NCBI RefSeq assembly: GCF_030013595.1
Contig: NZ_CP122772.1
DNA from: Escherichia coli
Lineage (GTDB): Bacteria > Pseudomonadota > Gammaproteobacteria > Enterobacterales > Enterobacteriaceae
Direction: 5' to 3' (one strand)
DNA: 64,000 nucleotides
Below the pieces are notes generated by a model that was not told the DNA's origin, ran no database searches, and was given only the letters and a program-made list of their open reading frames with translations. This document shows positions 36,686 to 45,722 of the stretch, piece after piece. Every line of letters starts with the position of its first letter. Position 1 is the stretch's first letter. Position numbers and translations under genes: made by a program.

Positions 36686-36782
36686 TTTAACCTCCCGCCC
36701 ACTTTGGGCTCTGGATGAAAGAGAACCTGTTTCCCTTTCTTGTGTTTTATTATACCTGCATTTGCAGGTATTGCAAATTTTT
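36686..36782 (-). promoter_or_regulatory. Duplicated promoter/operator cassette, copy 2, with inverted repeat atacctgca-tt-tgcaggtat (36753-36770)
   Basis: Near-identical to 35775..35868; inverted repeat ~70 bp upstream of the ATG at 36684. Confidence 0.5.
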
Positions 36783-36829
36783 AATGCTCTCGCTCTGACT
36801 GTAAACAGTCAATCATTTGATGATTAATC

Positions 36830-37111
36830 TTAGCGCAAATCTGCGATCTGATAGACTTCGCTGCTTTCCCTTCTTCCAACGGCAATAACGAGTAAAACGA
36901 CTTTCTCATCAATGACTTGGTATACAAGTCTGTAGCCAGATGCACGAAGTTTGATCTTATAGCGATCAGCATGACCATGTAACCGGGCTGCGGGTACGCG
37001 TGGATTTTCCAGCCGTTCTGCCAGTTTCTTTTTGAATTGTTCACGGATGGTGTGGCCGAGTTTCTGCCATTCCTTCAGTGCTCTACGGTCAAAAGCCAGT
37101 TCATAGGTCAT
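36830..37111 (-). CDS. stbE: RelE/StbE-family toxin
   Basis: 93-aa ORF (MTYELAFDRRALKEWQKL...YRLVYQVIDEKVVLLVIAVGRRE...) typical of the RelE/ParE superfamily; overlaps the upstream antitoxin. Confidence 0.8.
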   Translation of the reverse strand: MTYELAFDRRALKEWQKLGHTIREQFKKKLAERLENPRVPAARLHGHADRYKIKLRASGYRLVYQVIDEKVVLLVIAVGRRESSEVYQIADLR

Positions 37112-37352
37112 CCAGGTTAACCTTCACAATTTCCGGGTTTTTCATGCGCTCATCAGCAACAGCGTTTAACTCAGCATCTTCAGCGAGTTCCCGATAGTAG
37201 GCGTAAAGTTTTGGTGGAACGCAATAGAACGCCGGTTCGTTTCGGTTCAGGATCGCAACAGCGTCCCCTTCACCTTCAGCTACGGTTCCCATAGGATTTT
37301 TTTTCAGGTCAGTAATACTGGCCGCTGTGGTTGTCAGAATTTGATAGCTCAT
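37101..37352 (-). CDS. stbD: Phd/YefM-StbD-family antitoxin
   Basis: 83-aa ORF MSYQILTTTAASITDLKKNPMGTV... preceding and overlapping the toxin gene. Confidence 0.8.
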   Translation of the reverse strand: MSYQILTTTAASITDLKKNPMGTVAEGEGDAVAILNRNEPAFYCVPPKLYAYYRELAEDAELNAVADERMKNPEIVKVNLDDL

Positions 37353-37994
37353 AAGCCCTCCGCTTGTCTCATTGGCATAATAGCATCTTTAAAAGCACTC
37401 TTAAAAGTGCTTATGTTGAGAAAAACATCAGAACAGGTGAGATATGGCTCTTTCCGACATCGCCTTAAAACGCTCTGTAACGCGTTCTGAGCGTTTTTTC
37501 CCGTTTCGTTGTGGTCAGCTACGGTTTAACGGTTTTTAACGCCGCTCAACGCTTTTTAGCGGCCTTGTTGCTGTGATCTGTTGCCATGATCCGGATAGGA
37601 GTTCAATCTTGATCAAAATTTCCTCAAGGCAACGACTGTTTTGTAAATACCCTCTAAAACGCGCTGTATCGCATTCTGAGCGATTTTTTCGATTTCGCAT
37701 GGTTTCACCATGGTTGTATCGAACGAAGCGGCAGAAAGCGATTCAGGGCTTCTCAGTGAAAGATCCAAAAAGGATCAATCAACGGATCGTATGAGCTGAA
37801 CTCTTCTGGTTTTGAGAAAGGAGACACCGCTCGCCGCAGCCGAACGACCGAGTGTAGCGAGTTAGTGAGCGAGGAAGCGGAATAGCACAGGGATTACATT
37901 AGGCACTTACGCACAGTGGTCAAAATATGAGCATATTGTTTTTATGTGTGGTTGTCTTGGTTCAGAGTGATCTGTCCTCCGGGTTTACGCAAAG

Positions 37995-38042
37995 TTATCC
38001 ACAGGCGCTGTGAATTTTTTGTTTTGAGCAGAGTTATCCACA
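37995..38042 (+). promoter_or_regulatory. Two DnaA boxes (TTATCCACA at 37995-38003 and 38034-38042) of the iteron origin
   Basis: Exact consensus 9-mers 40 bp apart, upstream of an AT-rich GATC cluster and the iterons. Confidence 0.6.
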
Positions 38043-38084
38043 GATTTTTTGTGTTTTTTTGCTTATTAAACTTCTTGTTTTTAA

Positions 38085-38121
38085 GATCTTAAATGTAGAT
38101 CGGTAGATCTACTTTAAGATC
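38085..38121 (+). promoter_or_regulatory. AT-rich segment with four GATC (Dam) sites
   Basis: GATC at 38085, 38098, 38107 and 38118 within 40 bp; typical origin unwinding/regulatory region. Confidence 0.5.
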
Positions 38122-38213
38122 TTTAACTTACTTTAACTTATTCTGCAAACATTGTGCCAGCTTTTTTATCAATAATTTCATTAAGATAGGTGTTGTTTTT
38201 TGTCGCCTCAAAA

Positions 38214-38334
38214 TGAAAGGTGGATGGGTACGCACTGAAAGGTGGATAGGTACGCACTGTAATTTTCATGAAAGGTGGATGGCTGCGCACTGAAAGGTGG
38301 ATGGGTACGCACTGAAAGGTGGATGGGTACGCAT
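38214..38334 (+). repeat. Iteron array: five 22-bp direct repeats (tgaaaggtggatgggtacgcac) plus degenerate copies at ~38418-38441 and ~38491-38510
   Basis: Repeats at 38214, 38236, 38269, 38291 and 38313 (one 11-bp spacer); degenerate copies sit in the rep promoter region. Confidence 0.8.
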
Positions 38335-38585
38335 TTTTCTGTTTTTATTCAGATATTCGTATCTTTGTATCTTCATTTCTTTAGTTCTTTATAGTGCTCT
38401 AATTTAACGTATGACGTTAAAAGGTGGATACCTGCGCATTTCTATCATATTGAATATAAATGATAAAAATTCTTTCATGTGATCAGTGTTTTGGTGGAAA
38501 TACATAAGGTGGATAAACCACTTTACATATTTCCGCCTTTGTGGTTATGATTTCACCATCAGAACTTAAAAACCACAGGTAATGT

Positions 38586-39422
38586 ATGAACTTACTGAGC
38601 GTTACAAAGAAAACAAAAATTCGCCACAGAAATGAAATTAACAGCACATTCTCATCGTTGCCTTTGTCTGCCAGAAGAATTTTGTTTATGGCTATGGCGC
38701 AGATTGATTCACGTGAAGAGTTATCTGAGGGGGCAACCTTTCGTATTACGGCTCGGGAATATGCATTTATCGCTGATATTGATGTAACAGGTGCTTACCG
38801 GCAGTTGAAAGAGGGGGCAGAAGAACTTCAGGCCAGTGTTATTCGCATTCCTCGAAATCAACTTCTCACACCTCAGGGCAATCAAAGCTCTGGACATACG
38901 AAGAAGAGAGGTAAATTACCTTCTGATGCAGTCAGGCTTATGAACCTGACTGCGTTTTGTGATTATGTTGAAAGTGAAGGATATATTGATATTGCTTTTT
39001 CACATGTCATTGAGCCATATATCACGATGTTAAAGGATTCTTACACTACTCAGGTTTTGATATCGTCTGTAAGACTCGCTGATCAAAATTCAAATATGCT
39101 TTATCAGTTTATCAGGAAACAATACAGCAGTGGTAAAAAGACATTTTTCGACATTGAAGTAGATGTATTAAAGGATGAACTTGAATTATTCAGAATAGAT
39201 AATGGCGAAAAAGTTTACCTTTATCAGAATTTTAAGGATTTTAATAAGGTTTTTCTGCAAAAAAATATTGAAAAAATAAATCAATATACAGAGATTAATC
39301 ATCTCGAAGTTAAAATCGTTGAGAGAGTCGCAAGAAGAGCATCAAAGCTAAGGTTTTCTTATAAAATAGATAAAGAAAGTGAGGGCTTAGATATCAGAAT
39401 ACCATACGGTTTCAGAGGATAA
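38586..39422 (+). CDS. rep: Rep_3-family iteron-binding replication initiator (RepE/pi-like)
   Basis: 278-aa ORF immediately downstream of the iterons; N-terminal region resembles RepE-type initiators (LSARRILFMAMAQIDS vs RepE LSRDQKRMLYLFVDQI). Confidence 0.75.
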   Translation: MNLLSVTKKTKIRHRNEINSTFSSLPLSARRILFMAMAQIDSREELSEGATFRITAREYAFIADIDVTGAYRQLKEGAEELQASVIRIPRNQLLTPQGNQSSGHTKKRGKLPSDAVRLMNLTAFCDYVESEGYIDIAFSHVIEPYITMLKDSYTTQVLISSVRLADQNSNMLYQFIRKQYSSGKKTFFDIEVDVLKDELELFRIDNGEKVYLYQNFKDFNKVFLQKNIEKINQYTEINHLEVKIVERVARRASKLRFSYKIDKESEGLDIRIPYGFRG

Positions 39423-39461
39423 TTGCATAAACTTCGTTTTGAGATCGAAATGAGGTAGCTC

Positions 39462-39908
39462 ATGGCTCAAATCTATCAATTCCCTCAGGGGGAAGAACGT
39501 GCTAAATTCAGGAAAGAAATTGCCAGGGAGCGTAAGAAACGTTTTGCAGTGAAAACAGGGAGCACTTTTGTTAAGTGGCTTGGCTGGGGATGGTTTTATC
39601 TTCGTCTTCTTGTCGCGAGTGTTTTACATTTTATCTTTGTTTTTGTGTTAGCCATTCTTGGTGCGTTTAAATGGGCTGTATTCTGGCTGGGTGGTATTTT
39701 GTGTGTCATCACTTGGTATCATCTCGATCACCAGTTATGGACGCCACAAAATCTGACTATACCGGTGATTACGGCAACCTGGATTTTGGGACTGCTGGCT
39801 GAGCCTCTGATGGAGCTGCTCAACAAAACTATGCCTTGGCACAAGTTACTTGTTCCCGAACCTGCGGACGAAAGCACCGAGAACAGTAGCGAGATAAGCC
39901 AGCAATGA
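39462..39908 (+). CDS. hypothetical membrane protein (148 aa)
   Basis: ORF with 3-4 predicted TM helices directly downstream of rep. Confidence 0.45.
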   Translation: MAQIYQFPQGEERAKFRKEIARERKKRFAVKTGSTFVKWLGWGWFYLRLLVASVLHFIFVFVLAILGAFKWAVFWLGGILCVITWYHLDHQLWTPQNLTIPVITATWILGLLAEPLMELLNKTMPWHKLLVPEPADESTENSSEISQQ

Positions 39909-39975
39909 TGCTACTCAGCAGTTATGCCAGACCCTGCCTTTTCACTGCGATGCAGGATAGGGCAAACGCCGCAAA

Positions 39976-40401
39976 ATGACGTCTCTGACGCCATTCTGCA
40001 ACGTTTGCCCGGTGACCTACAGTCGGTTCTTGTCGGAGAATTTTATGGAATATCAGGTGAGAGAGTTTATTAACGAAAAATATACTAAGGCTGTTAATAT
40101 TTTAAAGGATAACCTTAAAGAAAACTACCATGTTTTTTATGGTGTGAGATTAATTGAGATTCTTTTTCCAGCCAGTGAGTATGGCACTGATGCTTTCTTT
40201 AAAGAGTTTGAATTAATTAACAGTGTAATACTTCCATTGGTAATCTTTGATTTAACACAACGCAAGCCAATGATGATTATCAGCTTCGATAAGATACTTG
40301 ATGCCAGTTTGTTGGAAGGAACAAATATTGTGGTTCTTGAATGTATTACCCTCGCTGATCTTCTGACAAATGATAACATTGATTTTTTATATAAAAGCTA
40401 A
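39976..40401 (+). CDS. hypothetical protein (start uncertain; possibly MEYQVREF... at ~40045), AT-rich
   Basis: ORF converging on and overlapping by 4 bp the 3' end of the 325-aa minus-strand gene. Confidence 0.4.
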   Translation: MTSLTPFCNVCPVTYSRFLSENFMEYQVREFINEKYTKAVNILKDNLKENYHVFYGVRLIEILFPASEYGTDAFFKEFELINSVILPLVIFDLTQRKPMMIISFDKILDASLLEGTNIVVLECITLADLLTNDNIDFLYKS

Positions 40402-41375
40402 GAATCTCCTTTCAGTTTAAATTTTCTGCTTGGGTCGCCAAGTGTTATTGAGTCTACTTCATGTGAGTAATGAAGTGTATGATAATGTGCTGGATTTTTC
40501 AGATAATCAGGGAGTGATATTATTTTTCCGCAGCTAATTGCAGAATGAAACCAGTTGCGGAATGTCTCGCTATTTGTTTTTAATGCATCTTTTGGAATAA
40601 ATACTAATTTTATGTTGGAAACGTAATTAACAGGTTTAAGTATGGTATGTCTGTTTTGTCCAAAGTCTTTTAAAGCATCTGTAAACTCGTATTCAGATGT
40701 ATAAATTCTAGTTTCTTTATTAAGGGTTTTGATCTGGAATATGAATGAATAGTAATTCTTATCAAGTATTTCAACAGTGCCTGGGTCTATACTCAGTTGT
40801 TTAATAACAGCTTCTCTTTTATACTCTAACCCGTCTCTGACTGATTGATATACAACCATTGCTGCATGATGTGAACCACCACTGTTTGAAGCTACATATC
40901 GGTCAAACCAAGAATAATATTTAACATTAATAGGGTTGCGTGGGGGGAAACCTTCATGCTCAATGTGCCATATATTATCTTTCCAGTCTAAAATATTTTC
41001 AGCTTTCAGATTTTCGGCAGGATACATCCCCTCTCCCCAAGAATAAAGATCTTTGAACCAACTACCATTTATTACCTTGCTCCATCCACAACCGAAACTT
41101 TTCGAGTCAGTCAGAGATTGTATTTTGTTAAAATCGAAGTCCAGAGAGTGTTTCTTATCTGTAGTTATTAAGTTGCTCAGAATTTCAGCCAGATCCTTGT
41201 CAATATATCTCAGTGAGTATTCGCTAAATATATTTTCAAGCTGCAATATGGTGTCTGCATCTGCTGTAGGTTTAAATAACTTAATATCAGCAAGATTTTT
41301 AAACGTTGCTGTGGTCAGTTTATGGTGATCTGTCAACCTGTAGAGGTCACAGATCAATTCGGTTAAATATCTCAT
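40398..41375 (-). CDS. hypothetical protein (325 aa), AT-rich, no recognisable domain
   Basis: Long uninterrupted ORF in an AT-rich block; no motif I can assign. Confidence 0.5.
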   Translation of the reverse strand: MRYLTELICDLYRLTDHHKLTTATFKNLADIKLFKPTADADTILQLENIFSEYSLRYIDKDLAEILSNLITTDKKHSLDFDFNKIQSLTDSKSFGCGWSKVINGSWFKDLYSWGEGMYPAENLKAENILDWKDNIWHIEHEGFPPRNPINVKYYSWFDRYVASNSGGSHHAAMVVYQSVRDGLEYKREAVIKQLSIDPGTVEILDKNYYSFIFQIKTLNKETRIYTSEYEFTDALKDFGQNRHTILKPVNYVSNIKLVFIPKDALKTNSETFRNWFHSAISCGKIISLPDYLKNPAHYHTLHYSHEVDSITLGDPSRKFKLKGDS

Positions 41376-41399
41376 AGATTTTCATCCATGCTTCTATGG

Positions 41400-41681
41400 T
41401 TAGAATTTTGCAGACTCAAGCAACCAGTGATTCTTTATGTTTTCATCCTGGCTGTTGTACATCGCCAGCGCCGCTTTGAGAACGGTTGTTTTGCTCTGCC
41501 CTGTTCTGATAGCTTCAGCTTCCAGTATGTCCTCAAAATGGGCTGAAAGTCTGAAGTTCATCAACTTTGGTTTACCCACTACAGGCGCTCTGGTAGCGCC
41601 GGAGATAAAACGCGCGGTTTCTGCGTTTGTTGCTGGTTGCTGAGATTCATCGATGTTCGGACGGTTTAGTTTTAAAGCCAT
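41400..41681 (-). CDS. parG: ParG-like ribbon-helix-helix centromere-binding protein
   Basis: ~93 aa from MALKLNRP...; C-terminal RHH-like segment (KLMNFRLSAHFEDILEAEAIRTGQSKTTVLKAALAMY); immediately downstream of the ParA-like ATPase. Confidence 0.6.
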   Translation of the reverse strand: MALKLNRPNIDESQQPATNAETARFISGATRAPVVGKPKLMNFRLSAHFEDILEAEAIRTGQSKTTVLKAALAMYNSQDENIKNHWLLESAKF

Positions 41682-41778
41682 GACAATTTCCCCTTGTACG
41701 GTATGCATTAATAGTAAATATCATACTATCTTTATATTATCTTTACAATGTAAATATTTATAGATGGTATTGATATTA

Positions 41779-42441
41779 CTATAAAATTCCAATTTCCTGC
41801 GCCACTAGTTCAATCTGTGCTTTCGCTGTTGAAAGGCTTGATGCCCGGCTAACGTCATGTACCCCTGCCCCTTCATTACAGGCGCTTTCATACACATCCA
41901 GCTCGGATATCCGGGTTTTAAGAGGTTGAATCCAGATGTTGTCCGAACGCAGTAATTTATCCAGATCAATGGCCGCTTTTCTGTGGCGGGGTTTCGCTGA
42001 GTTGATTCTGGTGAACAGCACCCACGGTACCAGGGCTGCGTTAGCTTTCTGAGCGATGCGGATTTTCTCTGTAACACTGGTCAGAGTTTCGCTTTCGAAA
42101 TCAGAGGACGGCTTAACCAGTGTTACCACGATATCTGATACTGTCAGGGCGCTACGGAACTCCTGGCTGTCGTGGCCGGGGCAATCGACAATGAGGACTT
42201 CACACAGCTTACTAAGTCGCTTAATTTCATTGCTGACGTTTCCGTAAGCTGCATGAACCGGGATAGTGAGTAAGCCGTTATCTGTCCGCTTTTCGTTCCA
42301 GCTCAACAGATCGTGGTTTTTATCTGTCTTGAGGATAATTACCGACTTACCTTTATTGACCAGCATTGAGCCTGTGTTAGCCACGTAGGTGCTTTTGCCT
42401 ACACCACCCTTATCTGATACGACAAGCAAGATTTTACCCAT
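41779..42441 (-). CDS. parF: ParA/ParF-family partition ATPase
   Basis: 220 aa with deviant Walker A (SDKGGVGKST) near the N-terminus. Confidence 0.85.
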   Translation of the reverse strand: MGKILLVVSDKGGVGKSTYVANTGSMLVNKGKSVIILKTDKNHDLLSWNEKRTDNGLLTIPVHAAYGNVSNEIKRLSKLCEVLIVDCPGHDSQEFRSALTVSDIVVTLVKPSSDFESETLTSVTEKIRIAQKANAALVPWVLFTRINSAKPRHRKAAIDLDKLLRSDNIWIQPLKTRISELDVYESACNEGAGVHDVSRASSLSTAKAQIELVAQEIGIL

Positions 42442-42449
42442 TTCAGAAT

Positions 42450-42700
42450 TCCTCTCTTTATGACGTAAAGATTATGTAAAGACTGTCTTATCTTTACAGT
42501 GTGTGTTGTTCGTAAAGATTATTTTGTCTTTACAGTGTCTTTATATTACACATGATTTACCATGTAAAGCACAAATAAAGATAAGCTTGTATTTATGTTA
42601 TCTTTATTATGTAAAGATTTGTGTGTATTTATAGTGGCTTTACGTGGTAAAGCTGAGACCGTCTTTACATCATCTTTATGTTGTAAATTTCTGTGTGACA
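42450..42700. repeat. Centromere-like array of TCTTTAC(A)/(T)GTAAAGA repeats upstream of parF
   Basis: More than ten copies of the heptamer in both orientations within ~250 bp between parF and the resolvase gene. Confidence 0.55.
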
Positions 42701-42803
42701 TTGTCACTTTATGGCCGGAGGTCTGTTTTCTGGTTCTTTTTGAGTGTGCCTTTCCTGTCGATCTACTTTCTGGTGCATTTTGGGTATAGTGGTGTAACCT
42801 TAT

Positions 42804-43466
42804 GTGAACCGGTTCTGTAATATGACTTCAAATGTACCAACAAGCTTTGTCCGCGCTTATCTGAGAGCTTCAACAGCAGAACAGGATGCTTCGCGTGCCC
42901 TGGAAACTATCGAGGCTTTTGCCAGGGAAAGAGGCCTGATCATTTGCAGCTACTATATTGAGAATGAATCCGGCACCCGTCTTGAGCGCCCGGAACTTTT
43001 TCGTCTTCTGAGAGATTGCCAACAAAATGACATTTTGCTTATCGAGGATGTGGACAGACTTTCCCGCCTGTCAGGGGAAGACTGGAATACGTTGAAGAAA
43101 ATGATCCGGCAGAAAGACATCCGGGTTATGGCGGTGAATGTGCCGACGACATGGATTAATTCTGGTATGAGTGAGTTTGACAGCCGGTTGTTTGCAGCCA
43201 TTAACGATATGCTGCTGGATATGCTGGCCGCAGTTGCCAGAAGGGACTATGAACAACGTCGGGAACGCCAGAAACAAGGGATAGAGAAAGCAAAGAAAGA
43301 CGGCAAATATAAAGGGCGTAAACCTAATCAAGCCAGACATGATGCAATTATCAGGTTGATAGAAAGCGGTAGCTCCTGGACACAGGTACAGAAAGTGCTA
43401 GGGTGCAGCCGTGGCACAATCAGTAATGCGCTAAAACGTAAAACCGGGCAGAAATCCAGTAAGTAG
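42804..43466 (+). CDS. Serine recombinase / resolvase (probable multimer-resolution enzyme)
   Basis: N-terminal catalytic motif (AYLRASTAEQD) and C-terminal HTH (GSSWTQVQKVLGCSRGTISNALKR); start may be the internal MTSNV... codon. Confidence 0.8.
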   Translation: MNRFCNMTSNVPTSFVRAYLRASTAEQDASRALETIEAFARERGLIICSYYIENESGTRLERPELFRLLRDCQQNDILLIEDVDRLSRLSGEDWNTLKKMIRQKDIRVMAVNVPTTWINSGMSEFDSRLFAAINDMLLDMLAAVARRDYEQRRERQKQGIEKAKKDGKYKGRKPNQARHDAIIRLIESGSSWTQVQKVLGCSRGTISNALKRKTGQKSSK

Positions 43467-43620
43467 AGGAGTAGGGGGCTAATATACCTGCAAGGCAGGA
43501 TATTAACTCAGGAGATTGGGTGTGTGGTGTTTAGTCAATGCATTTGAATATTGTAACTAAAATATGTTTTTATTAAAGGCCGGAGGTGGTTAGCCCCCGG
43601 CCTTAGTTACGTTTCCGCCA

Positions 43621-43704
43621 TCAGCCCATCAACTGGAGAAGGTAGCGAATCAGTTCAAGAAGTGAGATTAGTGCCCCCAGAACGATGATTGCTTTATCAA
43701 TCAT
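43621..43704 (-). CDS. DinQ-like small type I toxin candidate (27 aa: MIDKAIIVLGALISLLELIRYLLQLMG)
   Basis: Closely resembles my recollection of E. coli DinQ; hairpin plus T-run downstream on the minus strand; 5' leader region shared with the paralog at 30886..30981. Confidence 0.5.
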   Translation of the reverse strand: MIDKAIIVLGALISLLELIRYLLQLMG

Positions 43705-43800
43705 CCGTTTACTCCATTATATGGAGCAGACTCCCGATACTTACTCTTACACTGCCTGTCATATCGGTTGTTCTTCGGTGTTGGTTGAAGACAGTTCCAC

Positions 43801-43870
43801 TCCAGCCAGAGCCACCAACTCAGGGCTGGAAAACACAAAAAAGCCCGATTACCCGTCGGTTTTTTTTTGT
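43801..43870 (+). ncRNA. Conserved two-hairpin RNA module C
   Basis: ccagcc...ggctgg stem with the same loop core as module A (cagagccaccaactcag) and a degenerate terminator. Confidence 0.35.
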
Positions 43871-44489
43871 GCCTGTCGTTTGGCTGTACTTCCGTTTTTT
43901 CCCCTTCATTTGAGGGATTTTTCTTTCATTTTTTGTTGCAGTCAATACCGCTGATCGCGTTGGCCAACAGAACGATGCCGTTACCGGCATTATCATGAAT
44001 CCCATTTTTTCAGTAAGTTGCAGCATACAAAGTAATTAAAAAAACGTCATTTTTTGTTGATGGATGCAGTAGCGGTGGTGTGCTACGTGAAATCTGGGAA
44101 ATGCTGGCGGGTAAGTGACTCAATTTTTAATCTCCGCACCTGTTTTTTTGGACGTGCCAGCAATTATGACCTGAAGCAGAGGTGCGTCCGACAACAAAAA
44201 TTCCGATCACCAGAAAAAATTTTGGACATTTTTTCCGATAATGCATTTTTGTCCAGGGGGATATGAACTACAGGGCAGGGCGAAAAGGAAGCGGTTATCT
44301 TGATCGATAGGAATTTAAATCCCAAAAAGATTAAAAAAACACCCAAAAACGGATGTTTATTCGACACTGCCTGCGTGCCATGAGTGCACCGCCATCAATT
44401 AAATGGATCTTATCGAGTGATACTGTATATCACTGATGGTTTTTTACTCCATTCCCCTGAAAATGGACGCAACTTCCCCGATGCGGCTC

Positions 44490-45722
44490 TCAGCCGCACA
44501 CCCGCTGTTGCGCCAGTGGCTCATGCATCAGGACCAGCTCTGTCAGACGGTAGCCCCGCTTCAGCCCCGTAAAACGCATCTGACATCCGCACAGGATGCA
44601 CTTTAGCGGGTCAACCTTCAGTAACCGCTGATACATCCCTCTCCACCTGATTTGCATCGCCGTCTTTCTCACCGTCTCCGTTATGACGTACACAACATCT
44701 TCCAGTAACCGGCGCTTTACCGGACTCAGGAAACCGTAGTACCTCACCATACGGAACCCCTTATCCGCCACATGCCAGGAGAACCTTTCCATAAACTCAT
44801 CACCACTCATCACCAGGTATTCTTCCCGTTTTGTCCGGTGACTGTTGTAACGCAGACCAATTTCATCCTGACCAGCATAGTGCTCCAGACGGCTCATCGG
44901 CACCGGCGGTTTTTTCAGGTAAGAGCCGAAGTACACCGCCACATGTGTGGCGTTATCCATCACCCGGGATACGTTGACATTCCAGCCCCGCCGGTAATGA
45001 CTGTCCAGGAAGCGATTCCAGTCCCGTCTGCTGCTTCCTTCAACTGCCAGCGCATCCGGTATCACCAGCTCCGGGTATTTTCGTGACAGTAACCACGTTA
45101 TCCTGTAACGCCACATGCTCATCACCTTACGGGCGTAAAAATGAAGGTTTTTCCAGGTGTGGTCTGGTGTCACGCCGCCGGCCGTTGTCGACAGGTGAAT
45201 GTGCGGATGCCACTGCTGGTCACGTCCCCATGTGTGGATGACCGTGAATATCCCCGGCACCACATCTGCCTGGCGGCAGATTTCCTGTATCACATCCGCA
45301 GCAATGCGGCTCATCTCTGCCAGTAACCACCGGTTGTGGAACACCAGGGACCAGTACTGGCAGGGAAGTGTGAACACAATATGCTGCCACGGACAGTCGG
45401 GAACCAGACTCAGCAGATACTGTATCCACTGTGCGCCAGCCTTCACTCCGCAGTGCGGGCAGGAGCGACTTTTACACCGGAAGCAGACCTTTTTTGTGTG
45501 GCAACAGTCCGGAGATGAACAGCACCACTGTGTGTACCCCATCAGCGTGGTTCCGCACGCCATGATTTTTGTCACCGACTCAATGACTACCGGACGCACT
45601 GAACCTTCCGGTTGTTTCTCCAGCCAGTTAAGCCAGCGGTTTCCCTGCTGAAAAATGTCGGCAAAACGGGGAAGCATCAGAAGGGCGGGGGGACTCCGTC
45701 CGGCCAGTGAACCGTGCCACAC
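44490..45722 (-). CDS. tnpA: IS91-family rolling-circle transposase (TnpA), variant
   Basis: 410-aa ORF, similar but not identical to the copy 1/2 TnpA. Confidence 0.8.
   Translation of the reverse strand: MWHGSLAGRSPPALLMLPRFADIFQQGNRWLNWLEKQPEGSVRPVVIESVTKIMACGTTLMGYTQWCCSSPDCCHTKKVCFRCKSRSCPHCGVKAGAQWIQYLLSLVPDCPWQHIVFTLPCQYWSLVFHNRWLLAEMSRIAADVIQEICRQADVVPGIFTVIHTWGRDQQWHPHIHLSTTAGGVTPDHTWKNLHFYARKVMSMWRYRITWLLSRKYPELVIPDALAVEGSSRRDWNRFLDSHYRRGWNVNVSRVMDNATHVAVYFGSYLKKPPVPMSRLEHYAGQDEIGLRYNSHRTKREEYLVMSGDEFMERFSWHVADKGFRMVRYYGFLSPVKRRLLEDVVYVITETVRKTAMQIRWRGMYQRLLKVDPLKCILCGCQMRFTGLKRGYRLTELVLMHEPLAQQRVCG

Noticed and set aside
38214-38334. Possible CRISPR array
   Set aside because: The 22-bp repeats are directly tandem without unique spacers, sit between DnaA boxes and a rep gene, and no cas genes are nearby; they are replication iterons.
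38586-39422. Assigning the iteron initiator to RepFIB
   Set aside because: The translation resembles RepE-type initiators more than the RepFIB RepA I recall; kept as a generic Rep_3-family initiator.
44054-44300. 70-aa ORF and neighbouring small ORFs left of IS91 copy 3
   Set aside because: No RBS, motif or conservation signal visible; probably non-coding or a gene remnant.
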